IMG/VR virus record: IMGVR_UViG_3300018962_000001 | Location: 62,001 to 126,000 of that record | Direction: 5' to 3' (one strand) | DNA length: 64,000 nucleotides | Shown: in pieces, positions 10,300-20,139 of the stretch | Layout of the letters: each line of letters begins with the position of its first letter | Numbering within the stretch: position 1 is the stretch's first letter | Made by a program: the position numbers and the translations under genes | The notes under the pieces: model-generated | The model's input: the letters and a program-made list of their open reading frames with translations, nothing else | The model's database searches: none | What the model was told of the DNA's origin: nothing

Positions 10300-10314
10300 G
10301 GCACGCGCTATCAT
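10286..10314 (+). promoter_or_regulatory. sigma70-type promoter
   Basis: TTGACG-N17-TATCAT. Confidence 0.7.
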
Positions 10315-10343
10315 ATAGGCTATTCGTAGCAGAAGGAATCCTG

Positions 10344-10685
10344 ATGACCACCAACCAATCCACCGCCAGCCTCGGCGCGACCGTTGCTTTTAAGCTCCGG
10401 CATGTGTCCGGCGTGAGTCATGGCGTCGTGATCGCCGAACATCCAAACGGGTATCGTGGCGATAAACCGGCGATCCGAGTCTATGATCGCACCACGAATA
10501 CCGTGTATCTCTTTCATCGAGGACGCGGCTATCGGGTCGTCACCCCGGCTCCGAGTGATCCGGCGGCGGTCACCACCATTCTGGAGGCGGAGCGCGATGC
10601 CCGCCGCGCGCATTTACGGACGATCCCGGCCTGGCGTGATCGGCTGGCGGACGATCCACACGTTGATGTGTTTGAAGGAGCGTAA
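10344..10685 (+). CDS. hypothetical protein
   Basis: AAGGA RBS after promoter. Confidence 0.65.
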   Translation: MTTNQSTASLGATVAFKLRHVSGVSHGVVIAEHPNGYRGDKPAIRVYDRTTNTVYLFHRGRGYRVVTPAPSDPAAVTTILEAERDARRAHLRTIPAWRDRLADDPHVDVFEGA

Positions 10686-10688
10686 GGC

Positions 10689-11282
10689 ATGCCGCGTACG
10701 GAACCGGGAGTGCGTTGGACGAAGCTGATCGCGACCCAACGAATCGTGCTTGAAGGGCTGCCCGCCGTGCAGTATGCCGTGTGGTCGCAACATCGTCAGC
10801 GTGTTGCCGATTCGCTGGTCGGCGAATCGTGGACCGATGTCGAGCGGTCGGCCCTGTATCGCCACGCGGCGGCGCTCCGGCTCGACGACATTACCATCGA
10901 ATATCTTTTGATTGGCAAACAGCGCACGCTGCGACCGGCGGCGGACACGCCGTGGCATACCATCGCCCTTGGGGCAGACTTGCGCGTTGGCTATCGCATC
11001 GTCGACGCAGCGCTGCTGGAGCAGCGACCCTTTACCCCGCCGCCGCCGGTGCTGGATCTCGACGCTGCGTGGGCCGTGCATGGCGCTGCGGAGCAGCTGG
11101 TCGATGACGCGAAGGCGCTCGCCGAGCAGGCGAGCATGCTCCTCATGCCGCCTGGCCTCGTGGCCCAGCCGACCGTGGAGAGTCTGTTGGTGATCCTGAG
11201 CCGCGTCGAGGCAGCGGCAGCAACCATCCGCACCTCGCTCCCTGGATTACCACCCCTTGACATACGCACGTCAATGCCGTAA
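10689..11282 (+). CDS. hypothetical protein
   Basis: 197 aa, AAGGAG RBS. Confidence 0.65.
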   Translation: MPRTEPGVRWTKLIATQRIVLEGLPAVQYAVWSQHRQRVADSLVGESWTDVERSALYRHAAALRLDDITIEYLLIGKQRTLRPAADTPWHTIALGADLRVGYRIVDAALLEQRPFTPPPPVLDLDAAWAVHGAAEQLVDDAKALAEQASMLLMPPGLVAQPTVESLLVILSRVEAAAATIRTSLPGLPPLDIRTSMP

Positions 11283-11285
11283 GCT
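11257..11285 (+). promoter_or_regulatory. sigma70-type promoter
   Basis: TTGACA-N17-TAAGCT. Confidence 0.75.
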
Positions 11286-11308
11286 GTGCCCAAGTAAAGG
11301 AGTGTAGT

Positions 11309-11557
11309 ATGGCAATGCAGCGAGTATCGGTCAGCGCTGTGCGACCGAACGATGTCTTGTTTCACATGGATCGAGAGGACGATCGGATTGTGGTGATCGA
11401 TCGGATGCCGCGCGCGGCGCGGGCCGAGGCTCGGTTTCGGATTCGACTCCCCAACGGCGATCAGGCAATCTGGACCATCTCATCCCTGCGTGCGCAGGGA
11501 TACACGCAGCTGTTTCGTCCGTCCGGCGTGGGTGAGATGCCGGTGGGAGAGTTGTAA
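11309..11557 (+). CDS. hypothetical protein
   Basis: AAGGAG RBS. Confidence 0.65.
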   Translation: MAMQRVSVSAVRPNDVLFHMDREDDRIVVIDRMPRAARAEARFRIRLPNGDQAIWTISSLRAQGYTQLFRPSGVGEMPVGEL

Positions 11558-11836
11558 ATGCACGGCCTTGAAGCAGCGATGGAGATCGAGCGGATCGTGA
11601 TTCGTGACGGGGGAGGTCCGCTCGACCACCGTCGCAACCTGCGCTGGCAGTTGTTCATTCACTTCTTGAACTATCCTCGACCAACCGCGGTGGCCGCCCT
11701 GGCGTGGCTGAACACCCCGCACCCGGTATTGGACGCACGAACCCCCGCAGCGGCCCTCGCCGCTGGAGATCTGGATGCGGTGGCCGCTGCGATAGCAACT
11801 ATCCCCCGGCTGCCTGACCCGGCGATGATCCCGTAG
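11558..11836 (+). CDS. Xre/MbcA/ParS antitoxin C-terminal (toxin-binding) domain protein
   Basis: ALAWLNTPHPVLDARTPAAALAAGDLDAV fits WLxxPxxxLxGxxP. Confidence 0.65.
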   Translation: MHGLEAAMEIERIVIRDGGGPLDHRRNLRWQLFIHFLNYPRPTAVAALAWLNTPHPVLDARTPAAALAAGDLDAVAAAIATIPRLPDPAMIP

Positions 11837-11876
11837 ATCTTCTTTGCGTATCCGCCCCAACAGATTCCAAGACCCC

Positions 11877-11905
11877 TTGACAAGCGCGACGACGAGCGCT
11901 AAGCT
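11877..11905 (+). promoter_or_regulatory. sigma70-type promoter
   Basis: TTGACA-N17-TAAGCT. Confidence 0.75.
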
Positions 11906-11914
11906 GCTCCCAAG

Positions 11915-13393
11915 ATGAGCAAAGGGGGGGGCAGTATGCACAGAGCGCCAATCAGCCAGATTGATTCCACAATCATTCCATTCGAGGTTCGCCAGATTAT
12001 GATGGCGATCGAGGATGCGGGGGGGCACCCCTGGATTGTCGGTGGCTTTATTCGGAATATCCTGATCCGGTCAATCCATCCGTCGATTCCCTGCGAGATC
12101 GACTTTAAAGATATTGACCTGGAAGTCTTCGATCTGGAGCCGGAGGCGGTTTTTGCCATTGTGCGGCCCTTGGTCCCGCATTGCCAGATGGATGTCGGGA
12201 ATCAGTTCCCGGTCATCAAGGCCCGGACCCACAGTGGAATCGAGCTGGATGTTGCCGCGCCACGGCGGGAGCGTAAGACTGGAGCGGGCCATCGGGGCTT
12301 TACGGTCACGGTAGATGTCCATATGCCACTGGCCGAGGCCGCCCGGCGACGAGACTTTCGGATGAATGCGATTGCGCTGGATCTGTGCGGTACGATCGCT
12401 GACCCAATGGACGGCATGGCCGATATTGTCCATCAGGTGATTCGCGTATGTGATCCGGCGGGGTTCCATGAAGATCCGAACCGCGTGCCGCGCGCCATGC
12501 AATTTGCCAGTCGCTTTGATTTTGCCCCGGATGCCGAGTGTATCGCCGCCGCCGCCGCCGCCATTGGCGAGGCTCCCCGGATTCCTGCCGAGATCTGGTG
12601 GGGGGAGTGGGAAAAGTGGGCATCGAAGGGCGTTCGACCCAGCCGAGGACTGCTGTTTCTCCGTGCCTGCGGCTGGATCGGTCTGTTCCCAGAGGCGGCT
12701 GCCTTGATCGGGACGGCCCAGGACCCGGAATGGCACCCGGAAGGCGATGTCTGGACGCATAGCTGCTTAAGCGCCGATCGTGCGGCGGAGATCGCCGCAC
12801 GGGACGGGATCACGGGACGCGCGCGCGCGGCCTTCGTGATTGGCTGCTTTGCGCATGATTTCGGGAAGGCCGAGCCGGGCGTCAGTTTCGTCAAAGACGG
12901 ACGGATTGTGTCACCCGGCCATGATGAGGCCGGAGTTGCTCCGGCGACTCGGTTCTTGAATCGAATCAACGCGCCGCATGCAGTACGCGATCAGGTCATT
13001 GCCTGTGTCCGTCACCATATGGCGCATGTTGGGGTTGAACCAAGTCAGCGAATCGTCAATCGCTGGGCAAAACGATTCCATCCGGCCTCGATTCAGGAGA
13101 TTGCGCGGGTCGCTGAGGCCGACCATTGCGCCCGCCCACCGTTGCCAGGCGGTGCCCCAATGGCTCCCTTTGTGGCGCTGGCCGAGTCCGAGGGGGTTGC
13201 CCATCAGCGCCCGAAGCGGATTATCGAGGGTGGCCGCATCATCGAGATATTTGGGATCGCACCCGGACCACAGGTAGGCATGATCGTCCGGGCTGCCGAG
13301 CAAGCCCAAATTGAAGATCGGGCTTTTAGCGATGAGGCGGGAGCCATTCAATGGATTGCCAACCAGTTCGATCTTGCTCTTGTAACCCCTTGA
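11915..13393 (+). CDS. cca: CCA-adding tRNA nucleotidyltransferase (class II) with HD domain
   Basis: VGGFIRN, KDIDL, RRDFRMNAIA, EDPNRVPRAMQFASRF, HPEGDVWTH...AHDFGK. Confidence 0.85.
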   Translation: MSKGGGSMHRAPISQIDSTIIPFEVRQIMMAIEDAGGHPWIVGGFIRNILIRSIHPSIPCEIDFKDIDLEVFDLEPEAVFAIVRPLVPHCQMDVGNQFPVIKARTHSGIELDVAAPRRERKTGAGHRGFTVTVDVHMPLAEAARRRDFRMNAIALDLCGTIADPMDGMADIVHQVIRVCDPAGFHEDPNRVPRAMQFASRFDFAPDAECIAAAAAAIGEAPRIPAEIWWGEWEKWASKGVRPSRGLLFLRACGWIGLFPEAAALIGTAQDPEWHPEGDVWTHSCLSADRAAEIAARDGITGRARAAFVIGCFAHDFGKAEPGVSFVKDGRIVSPGHDEAGVAPATRFLNRINAPHAVRDQVIACVRHHMAHVGVEPSQRIVNRWAKRFHPASIQEIARVAEADHCARPPLPGGAPMAPFVALAESEGVAHQRPKRIIEGGRIIEIFGIAPGPQVGMIVRAAEQAQIEDRAFSDEAGAIQWIANQFDLALVTP

Positions 13394-13418
13394 CAAACGC
13401 GCCGGGATGCGCTAAGCT
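13390..13418 (+). promoter_or_regulatory. sigma70-type promoter
   Basis: TTGACA-N17-TAAGCT overlapping the cca stop. Confidence 0.75.
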
Positions 13419-13445
13419 GTACGGGTAGCACACACGGAGGATGTA

Positions 13446-13745
13446 ATGCATGATCATGGATATGGGTACGGCCTGGACGATCTGAACGGCTGGGGATATG
13501 CGCGTTATGGTGGCCGCCGCGTCCGGGTCTGGGACTATGCCTGCCCTGATTTTGGGATTCCGCCTGCGCCGACGACACCACCGATGGCGCAGGCCGTGGG
13601 GCCGCAACCGAAGATCACCAGCCGCCAATGGCCGCGCAACAAGAAGCAGGTGGATCAGCAGACCCGCCGCCGCCGCCGGGATCAGAATAAGCGGGCCGGG
13701 GCAACCCGGACGCAGCAGCGCAAGGTCGCCAAGGGAAAGCGATGA
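13446..13745 (+). CDS. basic hypothetical protein
   Basis: GGAGG RBS; Arg/Lys-rich tail. Confidence 0.6.
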   Translation: MHDHGYGYGLDDLNGWGYARYGGRRVRVWDYACPDFGIPPAPTTPPMAQAVGPQPKITSRQWPRNKKQVDQQTRRRRRDQNKRAGATRTQQRKVAKGKR

Positions 13746-14059
13746 CACCCCGGAATAGCGATGAGCAGCAGATTCTTGCCTGGATGAATCAGGTCTATCT
13801 TCGGCTGGTGTACTGCCCCTTCAGATCTTGGATACTGGTTCGGGGTAATGGGCAACAACCGTGGATTGGCGATCGTATCCCTGCTGCCCCTGACTACTTC
13901 GCCCCCGATCCGCGGAGCTTTATCGATCCAGAGACCGCACAGCGCTTGGTGGACCAGGGAAAGGTGGAAATGCGGTATCTCCCGGATCATCCGGTCCAAG
14001 GTGTGCAGTATTACGTGGTCAAGGAGATCGGTGATGCCTCGTCAGAAACGCCAGTATAA
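13742..14059 (+). CDS. hypothetical protein
   Basis: ATGA overlap. Confidence 0.6.
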   Translation: MTPRNSDEQQILAWMNQVYLRLVYCPFRSWILVRGNGQQPWIGDRIPAAPDYFAPDPRSFIDPETAQRLVDQGKVEMRYLPDHPVQGVQYYVVKEIGDASSETPV

Positions 14060-14261
14060 CACCGTCCGAACCGATCAGTTTGAATCGTTGATCGGCCTGT
14101 ACGAAGCGAAGGGAAACTATGAAGCGGCGAGCGCGCTGCGCGGCCTGGCGCGGTCGGTTGGGGCACCCATCGATGAAGCCGTGATCACCACACACAAGGA
14201 GGGGGTCCGAGAAACACTGGCTCGCTGGCAGCAGCAGGATCGTGTGGTATCCAATGGCTGA
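14034..14261 (+). CDS. hypothetical protein
   Basis: AAGGAG RBS. Confidence 0.55.
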   Translation: MPRQKRQYNTVRTDQFESLIGLYEAKGNYEAASALRGLARSVGAPIDEAVITTHKEGVRETLARWQQQDRVVSNG

Positions 14262-14622
14262 TTGGGCCGTTGTTCTGGTTGATCTCACGTATCATGGCGG
14301 TCTGACCAACAGCCAGGATCAGGCCGCCCTGCTCCGCTTCGTTGAGATTGTTGCTCCTGATGATCTCGATGCTCAGCAGTATTTAGATCCGAGGTTTGAA
14401 GGATCGATCCATCAGCCTCCTGGCGTGCGGGAACGGATGCGCGCGGCATCTGTCCGGGTTCAAGGATACCAGGAGCGGCGGCGGCGCGCACTCACGCAGA
14501 TTGTGAAGAAGGGACTAGCGGAATCAGGCTGGGAAGGGACTGGAGAACGCGGAATGAATCGGTTTGGATCGACTCGCTTTCGCTGGTATCGGCTGCGCCC
14601 CCAACCAGGAGCAACGCCGTGA
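14242..14622 (+). CDS. hypothetical protein
   Basis: chain. Confidence 0.6.
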   Translation: MWYPMADWAVVLVDLTYHGGLTNSQDQAALLRFVEIVAPDDLDAQQYLDPRFEGSIHQPPGVRERMRAASVRVQGYQERRRRALTQIVKKGLAESGWEGTGERGMNRFGSTRFRWYRLRPQPGATP

Positions 14623-14912
14623 CTCGGTTGAGTAGCGCTGATCGGCTGTTGCTTGCCGTAGCCGGAGGCGACCGGCTTCTTCTCCTGGCAGAGTCGCGGA
14701 CCTATGTGCTTGCCGGGGCAGCGTTCCCGCATCGCGCGCCGGTCGCGGTGCGCACAGTAGAATCGTTGGTGGGCGCGGCGCTCCTGCGTCCAGAGCCACG
14801 ACCACCGTATCCGGGGTCATTCGACGGTATCCTGCGTACGTACACGTTAACGACACAAGGAATCGAGCGGGTCGCGCAGCTTCGCCGTCAGATCGGGCAA
14901 GAGCACCCTTGA
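14619..14912 (+). CDS. hypothetical protein (possible winged-helix)
   Basis: VESLVGAALL...YTLTTQG pattern; GTGA overlap. Confidence 0.55.
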   Translation: MTRLSSADRLLLAVAGGDRLLLLAESRTYVLAGAAFPHRAPVAVRTVESLVGAALLRPEPRPPYPGSFDGILRTYTLTTQGIERVAQLRRQIGQEHP

Positions 14913-14937
14913 CGTGCGCACTATAATGCGCTATACT
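14909..14937 (+). promoter_or_regulatory. sigma70-type promoter
   Basis: TTGACG-N17-TATACT. Confidence 0.75.
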
Positions 14938-14962
14938 GTTCTCATAGCCAAAGGAGTAGCAG

Positions 14963-15346
14963 ATGAGTGATTTGATTGTTCGTGACCGGACGGGGCGCGT
15001 GTATTCCCAGCAGGAGCAGGCCGAGTTGACCCAGTTGTGGGCAGAGCGCTTTGCGCGGGGCGAGTTTTCAGCAGGCGTGACCGGGATCGGCGAGTATCGC
15101 GAGATGAGCCAGAACGGTGATGAGCCGCTGGCCTATCCGGTGCTGGCGACTCTTGAGGTGCTGCCGACGATTAGCCGCGAGGAGCAGTTCGTGATCGATT
15201 TCATGCGCGCACACGTTGAGCACGAAGTCCGGAGTGGCCGTGCCCTCCTGGTCGGCGATCTGAACGGTGGGGGCGTGACCGGCGGGCGTCAGTTTAATCC
15301 CACGATGCCCAACCATCTGATGACGATCCGCACGGCAGGCGGCTAA
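14963..15346 (+). CDS. hypothetical protein
   Basis: AAGGAG RBS after promoter. Confidence 0.7.
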   Translation: MSDLIVRDRTGRVYSQQEQAELTQLWAERFARGEFSAGVTGIGEYREMSQNGDEPLAYPVLATLEVLPTISREEQFVIDFMRAHVEHEVRSGRALLVGDLNGGGVTGGRQFNPTMPNHLMTIRTAGG

Positions 15347-15411
15347 TCTGCCAGGTGATACATACCGTAAGGGGCGCGCGACGCGCGCCCCGTCGCGAGT
15401 AGGAGAAGTCT

Positions 15412-16635
15412 ATGTCCACCCGATCGCTTGCCAGTGGCTATTATCGCCCGCTGGCTGGTATTGAGTCCAGTAGTGCCCACGATCGCTGGTATATGGTTGC
15501 GATCGATCCCGCGGGCACGCTGAGTTGTGATTGTTCCGCCTGGACAACCAATGCGGCCAATCTGGAACGCCGGGCAGTGAAGCGCGGCGGAATCGTCATC
15601 GAACCTGCCGTGTATCGTGATGGGCCGCGCCGGTGTAAGCATACTGAGCCGATCGCGATCATCATGCAAGGCACCCAGCTTGCCGGGTGGACGCAAGTGC
15701 CCATCGGTTCGCCGCCGCCCCTCTCGCCGTGGCATCAGTCGTTGGTCGACGCCATTCGGGAGTCGTTCCGGGGACTCCACGGCGATTGGTGGGTGCAAGA
15801 ACGCGATTCACGGATTGGATCGGATCGGTATAAGTTTATTCTTATCCGTCTGCGCACAGGGAATGGTCGGGCTGCCGCTGGGGTCGTGGCCTTGGCCCTC
15901 GATCATCTCCACCAGGAAGGGTCACACGATCAGCAGGTTGCGTATATCCGTGAACAGGTCAGCGCCTGGATCGGCTATACCCTGATGGCCTCGATCGCAC
16001 GCCAGGAAGGCTGGACGCAGCTCGGTCAGCCGCCCGCCCGGTATCGCCATGAGGGGACCGCGCGCCGCCGACCCGCGCCGACTCCGGCGGCTTCCCCACC
16101 TCCCGCCCAGCGGCCCGCGCGTCCAACCCCACCGCCGCCGCTTCCCGCCCTCACGGATGTGCTGCGGATTGGGCAGCGTCGCGATCTCGGCGATGGCTTA
16201 ACGCCCCAGCAACGCGCAGAAAATATGCTGCGCTTGTTTCTCGGTGCGGACTATCAGCGCCTCGAAGCGCAGGGATTCTTGGATGTCTCCTCAACGGTCG
16301 TGCCAGGCCGCGTGTACCGGGTGCGCCGTGATCCTGATAAATGCGAAGCGCGCCGAGTCCGCGTTTTTGAACGTGGGCGGTATGTTGCCGACTATTGTAT
16401 TGTTCCCGATATGAGCGGCTTTCCCGAGGCCGACCACTGGCTGACCGTGTTCATGGGACTTATGACCGATGAACGCCAAGCCTGTGCCGTAGTCAATGGC
16501 GCAACCTGGCATATCGGCGCGCGGCCTGGGGATGGGAATAATGTGTTTTCTCCCTACTCGGACTGTTCGGATGACGAGGAAACGATTCCCGCTATCTGGC
16601 ACCAACGTCCGAATCAGATTGTGCGGGGAGGATAA
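15412..16635 (+). CDS. SWIM zinc-finger domain protein
   Basis: YMVAIDPAGTLSCDC...CKH; Pro-rich linker; separate C-terminal domain. Confidence 0.65.
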   Translation: MSTRSLASGYYRPLAGIESSSAHDRWYMVAIDPAGTLSCDCSAWTTNAANLERRAVKRGGIVIEPAVYRDGPRRCKHTEPIAIIMQGTQLAGWTQVPIGSPPPLSPWHQSLVDAIRESFRGLHGDWWVQERDSRIGSDRYKFILIRLRTGNGRAAAGVVALALDHLHQEGSHDQQVAYIREQVSAWIGYTLMASIARQEGWTQLGQPPARYRHEGTARRRPAPTPAASPPPAQRPARPTPPPPLPALTDVLRIGQRRDLGDGLTPQQRAENMLRLFLGADYQRLEAQGFLDVSSTVVPGRVYRVRRDPDKCEARRVRVFERGRYVADYCIVPDMSGFPEADHWLTVFMGLMTDERQACAVVNGATWHIGARPGDGNNVFSPYSDCSDDEETIPAIWHQRPNQIVRGG

Positions 16636-16637
16636 CG

Positions 16638-16952
16638 ATGCGCGTACCACGAACACGGCCTGTCTGGCGGGCAAGCGATCCTCTGGATCAGGGAATTGGA
16701 CAGTGGGGGCATGCGACCACGCGCATGAACAGTGCTTCCTATGGCCCGTACCAGCTCTTTATTGTTGAACACCAGATGAATGGAGCCACGTATGCGATCG
16801 ATGGCTCCGTCACCCTGGGAGACGACGTGGTGTTTCAAACCGACCGCATCAGGATCTCCGGGGAATGGGAAAAGCGGATGCGAATGATGGCCGATCGCTT
16901 AATGCGCCGTGCCCGCGCAGATGCCCGGCTGCGTCAAGAGACGGAGGGTTAA
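16638..16952 (+). CDS. hypothetical protein
   Basis: GGAGG RBS. Confidence 0.6.
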   Translation: MRVPRTRPVWRASDPLDQGIGQWGHATTRMNSASYGPYQLFIVEHQMNGATYAIDGSVTLGDDVVFQTDRIRISGEWEKRMRMMADRLMRRARADARLRQETEG

Positions 16953-16953
16953 C

Positions 16954-17748
16954 ATGGACTGGCTGGCCCTGAAAGCGCTCCTGACAGGAGCGCTCTGCGG
17001 TCTCGCTTTGGCGGCAGGGCTGATCGGGTGGCAGGTGTGGCTTTCGGCCCGATCGCGTCGGATGTCCTCGTGGATGTATGCCCGCAGTCTCTGCCGCTCG
17101 CCCCACGCTTTATATCCCCAGCACTATCCTGAGTACCCGCCCGAAGTCGTGGTGGAAGCGCCGACCAACCGTGGGGTGGTGGTGGTGACCTCGCTGGATG
17201 TGCCCGCACCCCTGCATGGCTGGATTTCCCGACGTGCGTTGCGGCAACACCTCCAGGCCGAAGTGGAATGGCGCGCGGCCCGGATTAACCTGCTTGCTCG
17301 CTGGATTCCGGTGCAGACCCGGATTGATGATCGCACCTATCACGCCCTGATTGAGCAGGCGTCCACGCGGTGTCGCCTCCACGGTCAGGGTGACGCCGAT
17401 CGACGCGCGGCGCAGATCGCGCGTCTGCTGGTCCGGCCTGAACCTCCTGGCCCTCCCTCCGATCCTCGGCGCATCTGGACCGCGCCCACCCCGGATGAGC
17501 AGCACCTGTGGAACTCGGCACGGGACGCTGCTGGGCTGGATGCTCCTGAAGATCGGGTGCTTGGGATCTGGCGTGATCTTGTCCATGCGCTTGATACGCG
17601 AGGACTCCCCCCGCCGCCACCCCGCGATGGCGCGCTGGCCGCACGGATGGCCGCGCAGGGGCATACCTGGGCCTATATTGCCCGGTATTGTGGCTTTGAG
17701 TCGGCGGCGGCGGCGGCGGCGGCGGCGCAGGAAGGACAGAATTTATGA
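16954..17748 (+). CDS. hypothetical protein with N-terminal TM helix
   Basis: hydrophobic N-terminus LALKALLTGALCGLALAAGLIGW. Confidence 0.6.
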   Translation: MDWLALKALLTGALCGLALAAGLIGWQVWLSARSRRMSSWMYARSLCRSPHALYPQHYPEYPPEVVVEAPTNRGVVVVTSLDVPAPLHGWISRRALRQHLQAEVEWRAARINLLARWIPVQTRIDDRTYHALIEQASTRCRLHGQGDADRRAAQIARLLVRPEPPGPPSDPRRIWTAPTPDEQHLWNSARDAAGLDAPEDRVLGIWRDLVHALDTRGLPPPPPRDGALAARMAAQGHTWAYIARYCGFESAAAAAAAAQEGQNL

Positions 17749-18044
17749 CCAATCCGCGGGATCGTCGAATCGAGTGGGAACGTGAACCCTATACGCTAGG
17801 ATCGACTGATCCTGATCGTATTCGTGAGATCCTGGCGCTGATGATTGGCAGCGGTCTCGGTCATGTGATCGCCCAGTTTGATGTTGGGGACCATGCCGCT
17901 GCCTATCCGAGTGTCCTGGTGATCCGGGTTCAAGTAACCCCGGAGCCTATCACCGATCCAAGCACGCAGGAATTCCTGGGGACCTTGCCCACCATTCGGA
18001 TTTCCGTTACCGCCCTGCCAACGCTGCTGCCAGACCTTGGCTAA
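17745..18044 (+). CDS. hypothetical protein
   Basis: ATGA overlap. Confidence 0.65.
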   Translation: MTNPRDRRIEWEREPYTLGSTDPDRIREILALMIGSGLGHVIAQFDVGDHAAAYPSVLVIRVQVTPEPITDPSTQEFLGTLPTIRISVTALPTLLPDLG

Positions 18045-18049
18045 TACCC

Positions 18050-18078
18050 TTGACGTGCGCGCCGTGATGCGATAAGAT
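18050..18078 (+). promoter_or_regulatory. sigma70-type promoter
   Basis: TTGACG-N17-TAAGAT. Confidence 0.7.
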
Positions 18079-18445
18079 GGGCAGAGGCAAGGAGCACAAA
18101 ATGGGACAGGGAAATGAGATCGCCCAGGAGACGTGGACACAGATCCCGCTCCGCACCAAGATAGCAGTCGGGGCACTCGCGCGTGAAGCGGTCGCGAACG
18201 GTCGGACGCTGTGGATTCGGGTACGGATTCGGCGCGGTGCGACCCATAAAATCAAGATTACGCTCGCTGGCAACGACACCTATTGCTTGGAGCTGCACCG
18301 TATCCTCGCGCTGCACGAGTGGACCCCGGACGGACCGCTCTCCGAAGTGATCACCACTGTTGACGACATCTATTTCGATATGTTGGGGCCAATGATTGAA
18401 CAGCTCTGTTTCCCCAGGCAGGAGACGATCTATGCAGATCGGTGA
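18077..18445 (+). CDS. hypothetical protein
   Basis: likely start ATG ~18101 after AAGGAG. Confidence 0.65.
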   Translation: MGRGKEHKMGQGNEIAQETWTQIPLRTKIAVGALAREAVANGRTLWIRVRIRRGATHKIKITLAGNDTYCLELHRILALHEWTPDGPLSEVITTVDDIYFDMLGPMIEQLCFPRQETIYADR

Positions 18446-18686
18446 CTCAGTGCAATGGACCGCAGGCGGCCAGTCGCGCAGGGTGCTTTCGCTGCGCCTC
18501 CGCACAGGCCGGTTGGTACAGATCGATGGGACGGACGGGATCGTGGAAACTAGCCGCAATCGCTTTGCGCGTGTCCCGCTGGCCGATCTGCAACCGGATG
18601 GGGCCACCAGCACGCTGGAATCGGTCGTGACCGCCCTACGTACGGCCCACCAAAAGGATGCTGGTGATGACTCTCCAGAGGCGTGA
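18432..18686 (+). CDS. hypothetical protein
   Basis: AGGAG RBS. Confidence 0.55.
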   Translation: MQIGDSVQWTAGGQSRRVLSLRLRTGRLVQIDGTDGIVETSRNRFARVPLADLQPDGATSTLESVVTALRTAHQKDAGDDSPEA

Positions 18687-19287
18687 TCGTGCGTTTCTCT
18701 TTACCTCTGTGATGATTCAGGCCATCGAGCAGGTCGATCATCCCAAAACACAAACGCGGCGTGTCGTGTCTGCGGCGGGAACGCCGATTGCGCAGGTCGG
18801 GGATCTCGGATGGATACGTGAAACCTGGGCGACCCTTGCACAGTATGATTCCCTTCCCCCGTCACAGATCCCGCTGCACGACCGTCCGCCAAGCCTGGTC
18901 TATGGAGCCTGGACGGGCGCGGCACGCGACATCGAGTGGCGGGGGCGGTGGCGATCTGGGCGATTTATGCCGAAATGGGCGGCACGCATCTGGATTGAGG
19001 TTCTGGGCGTTCGCCAGGAGTATCTGCATGACATCTCCGAAGCCGACTGTCTGGCCGAAACAGGCGCGGTGCCTGTCTGGCCTGGGCCTGGACCAGAACC
19101 GTATCGTCGCAATATCCGTGGCGTGTTTGCCAGTTTGTGGGATGTGATCAACGGCCAGCGCGCTCCCTGGGACAGTAACCCCCTGGTATGGGTGGTGACC
19201 TTCCGTCGATTATCGCAGGAGGAGACCGATGTCCACCGATTCCGTGCCTTCGCCGATGCCAAACGACGACTCGCCCGCGCCGCCTGA
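18658..19287 (+). CDS. ASCH/PUA-like phage protein
   Basis: KTQTRRVV...GDLGWIRETW...FMPKWAARIWIEVLGVRQEYLHDISEAD...WDSNPLVWVVTF. Confidence 0.75.
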   Translation: MLVMTLQRRDRAFLFTSVMIQAIEQVDHPKTQTRRVVSAAGTPIAQVGDLGWIRETWATLAQYDSLPPSQIPLHDRPPSLVYGAWTGAARDIEWRGRWRSGRFMPKWAARIWIEVLGVRQEYLHDISEADCLAETGAVPVWPGPGPEPYRRNIRGVFASLWDVINGQRAPWDSNPLVWVVTFRRLSQEETDVHRFRAFADAKRRLARAA

Positions 19288-19493
19288 TCGTTCTCTGCCG
19301 CCGATCGACCATGCGCGCTATGCGCTATGGCGATTCGAGCAGTGGTGCGCCGATCAAGGAAGCTACCGTGACATCGACGAGAAAGTTGCGCGTGGCGACT
19401 TAACGCCACCACCGGAGATCTGGCCGCCGGAAAATCTGGCGGCGATGCGGGCCGCCTACGCCCGCCTGCGGGCCGCCGAGGAAGGATCGGTAT

Positions 19494-19847
19494 ATGAGCG
19501 TGAGTGATGCCTTTGGCCCCGTGGATGCCGTGAATCGGGCGATTGTTGCGGCGAATACCTGGGGCCATCTCGCGCCGGAACCACGACGCCCCTATCCGGG
19601 CTATATCGTGTTTACGTACGGCCAGTGGGGCGATATTATCCCGATCGATGCCGCCTTTGTAGGCTTGCCGGATTCGCCGTGGTTCTACGACGATCTGTGC
19701 TCGTTTATTGACGACCGTGCCGTGACTCGCGGCACGATCTATCGCTTTGATGGGTCGTATATGAAATATAAGAACGGGAAGGGCTGCTTTCGCGGAACGA
19801 TCCGAACGCTCGTATGGGAGGATCATGATCCAGTTCTTTCCAAGTGA
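19494..19847 (+). CDS. hypothetical protein
   Basis: chain. Confidence 0.6.
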   Translation: MSVSDAFGPVDAVNRAIVAANTWGHLAPEPRRPYPGYIVFTYGQWGDIIPIDAAFVGLPDSPWFYDDLCSFIDDRAVTRGTIYRFDGSYMKYKNGKGCFRGTIRTLVWEDHDPVLSK

Positions 19848-20139
19848 GGATGAATTCTATGTGTGCCGCCTCACCGATGGTCGGGTGATCAGTGTAATCC
19901 CCCTTACCTTTGGACGGGCACGAGTACATATCAGTCCGCCGTACTGCACCCTGATCTATGATGACGGATGGTGATATGACGACCCACTAGAGGCGGTCGT
20001 CTCTGCGCATAGATGGACCCCAGCGCCGATCGGTACTCCGTATGGGCCGGACAATGAGCCGGTCGGCTGGATGCGGCATTTAGGATTGGCCCGTCGCCGT
20101 CCCGGCGGCGATCCCACCCAGGAGTATATTTTGCCATGA
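19825..20139 (+). CDS. 104-codon gene interrupted by in-frame TGA (19972-19974): recoded gene or pseudogene
   Basis: hand translation MIQFFPSEDEFYVCRLTDGRVISVIPLTFGRARVHISPPYCTLIYDDGW*YDDPLEAVVSAHRWTPAPIGTPYGPDNEPVGWMRHLGLARRRPGGDPTQEYILP; fills the gap and ends in an ATGA overlap with 20136. Confidence 0.6.

Noticed and set aside
17701-17727. (GCG)n runs here and at many other sites
   Set aside because: They encode poly-Ala or Arg tracts in GC-rich genes; no dispersed-repeat structure.
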